Shown here in pieces: positions 63,362 to 64,000 of a stretch of DNA of 64,000 bases. Position numbers and translations under genes: made by a program. Numbering within the stretch: the first letter of the stretch is position 1; each line of letters begins with the position of its first letter. Below the pieces are notes generated by a model. That model did no database searches and was not told the origin of the DNA. It was given only the letters and a program-made list of their open reading frames with translations. The stretch is from Lachnospiraceae bacterium (GTDB lineage: Bacteria; Bacillota; Clostridia; Lachnospirales; Lachnospiraceae). The DNA is taken from NCBI GenBank assembly GCA_017405805.1, contig JAFQZU010000004.1, forward strand, positions 6,379 to 70,378, given 5' to 3'.

Positions 63362-63782
63362 GTGCGTTAGCAATGAGCCATGCGCAGGGAAAGGACCGGA
63401 CTTACGGGGGAAAGAAAATGTCATATACCTTGGTTATGCACCATGCTCAGGGGAAGTCCCGGGTCCGCGGGGGGGAGCTTGCTCCCATCCGTGGGCCCGG
63501 GACTTCCCCTGTATACGGCGAATGCCGCGACACGGAGCACGAAGTGCGCAGTGTCGGCATGGTGCATTGTAAGAGCCTAAGAGCTTGCTAGTCCCCGTAA
63601 GTCCGGTCCTTCCCCTGTATACGGCGAACGCCGCGACACGGAGCACGGAGTGCGAAGTGTCGGCATGGCCCAATGCTGACGCACAAGGGGGTTGCGCCCC
63701 CCGAGGGCCCGGTCCTTCCCCTGTATACGGCGAACGCCGCGACACGGAGCACGAAGTGCGGAGTGTCGGCATGACACAATGC
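63360..63782. repeat. Nested palindromic REP/MITE-like elements with three copies of a ~57-bp core
   Basis: CTTCCCCTGTATACGGCGAAYGCCGCGACACGGAGCACGRAGTGCGNAGTGTCGGCATG at about 63503, 63609 and 63715, with matching inverted arms. Confidence 0.85.
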
Positions 63783-63906
63783 TTGCATCTGCTAGCTTCT
63801 CTATTTTGCCGCATCTTATCCGTACCTTCTGCTAAAAATCATGATTTATGAAGCTATTTCACTCAAGTCAATCAAAATCTACGGATAAATCTTTCTTAAT
63901 TGCCTA

Positions 63907-63933
63907 GGAGAGCAGAAGCAAATTCTGCTCTCC
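63907..63933. other. Hairpin in AT-rich terminal segment
   Basis: GGAGAGCAGAA-GCAAA-TTCTGCTCTCC. Confidence 0.55.
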
Positions 63934-64000
63934 CGGAAGATCTCTTCCTATTTGGCAGAATCAGCTCAAAATAACTACTTATAAATCTGTGCGAAAATCT

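Noticed and set aside
63503-63773. Three ~57-bp repeats with ~48-bp gaps as a CRISPR array
   Set aside because: The repeat is too long, the gaps are arms complementary to upstream sequence, and no cas genes are in the window
63360-63851. Several 66-126 aa ORFs in the terminal repeat region
   Set aside because: All overlap the palindromic repeats; no convincing RBS or coding signature

Overview
High-GC Firmicute chromosomal window. Gene content and order point to Lachnospiraceae (inference). It is mostly core genome: thiI, HPr, mtaB, ireB, ruvX, rnj, a short mltG, trmR, a U32 gene and trkAH on the left; uvrBA, recD2, comF, cdaA/cdaR, leuA, proS, cca, hup, divIC, tilS, hpt and ftsH on the right. 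An accessory middle block (about 11-35 kb) carries a two-gene GltD-like-oxidoreductase-linked [FeFe]-hydrogenase operon, split chromate-type transporters, BirA-controlled bioY, a C69 dipeptidase, two cell-wall-binding-repeat surface proteins, a class II UvrA and tRNA-Gln(CTG). No CRISPR array, prophage, integrase or transposase is visible. Best leads: (1) the minimal hydrogenase/GltD-like pair; (2) a probable C-rich small RNA downstream of ftsH; (3) two non-coding inverted-repeat-bounded (MITE/REP-like) elements, one nested inside a copy of itself; (4) a LeuA homolog with eroded conserved motifs; (5) WalR-like boxes at cell-wall and division genes; (6) apparent clean loss of sporulation genes and ftsEX from their usual loci. 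All family calls come from motif recognition; no database searches were run.
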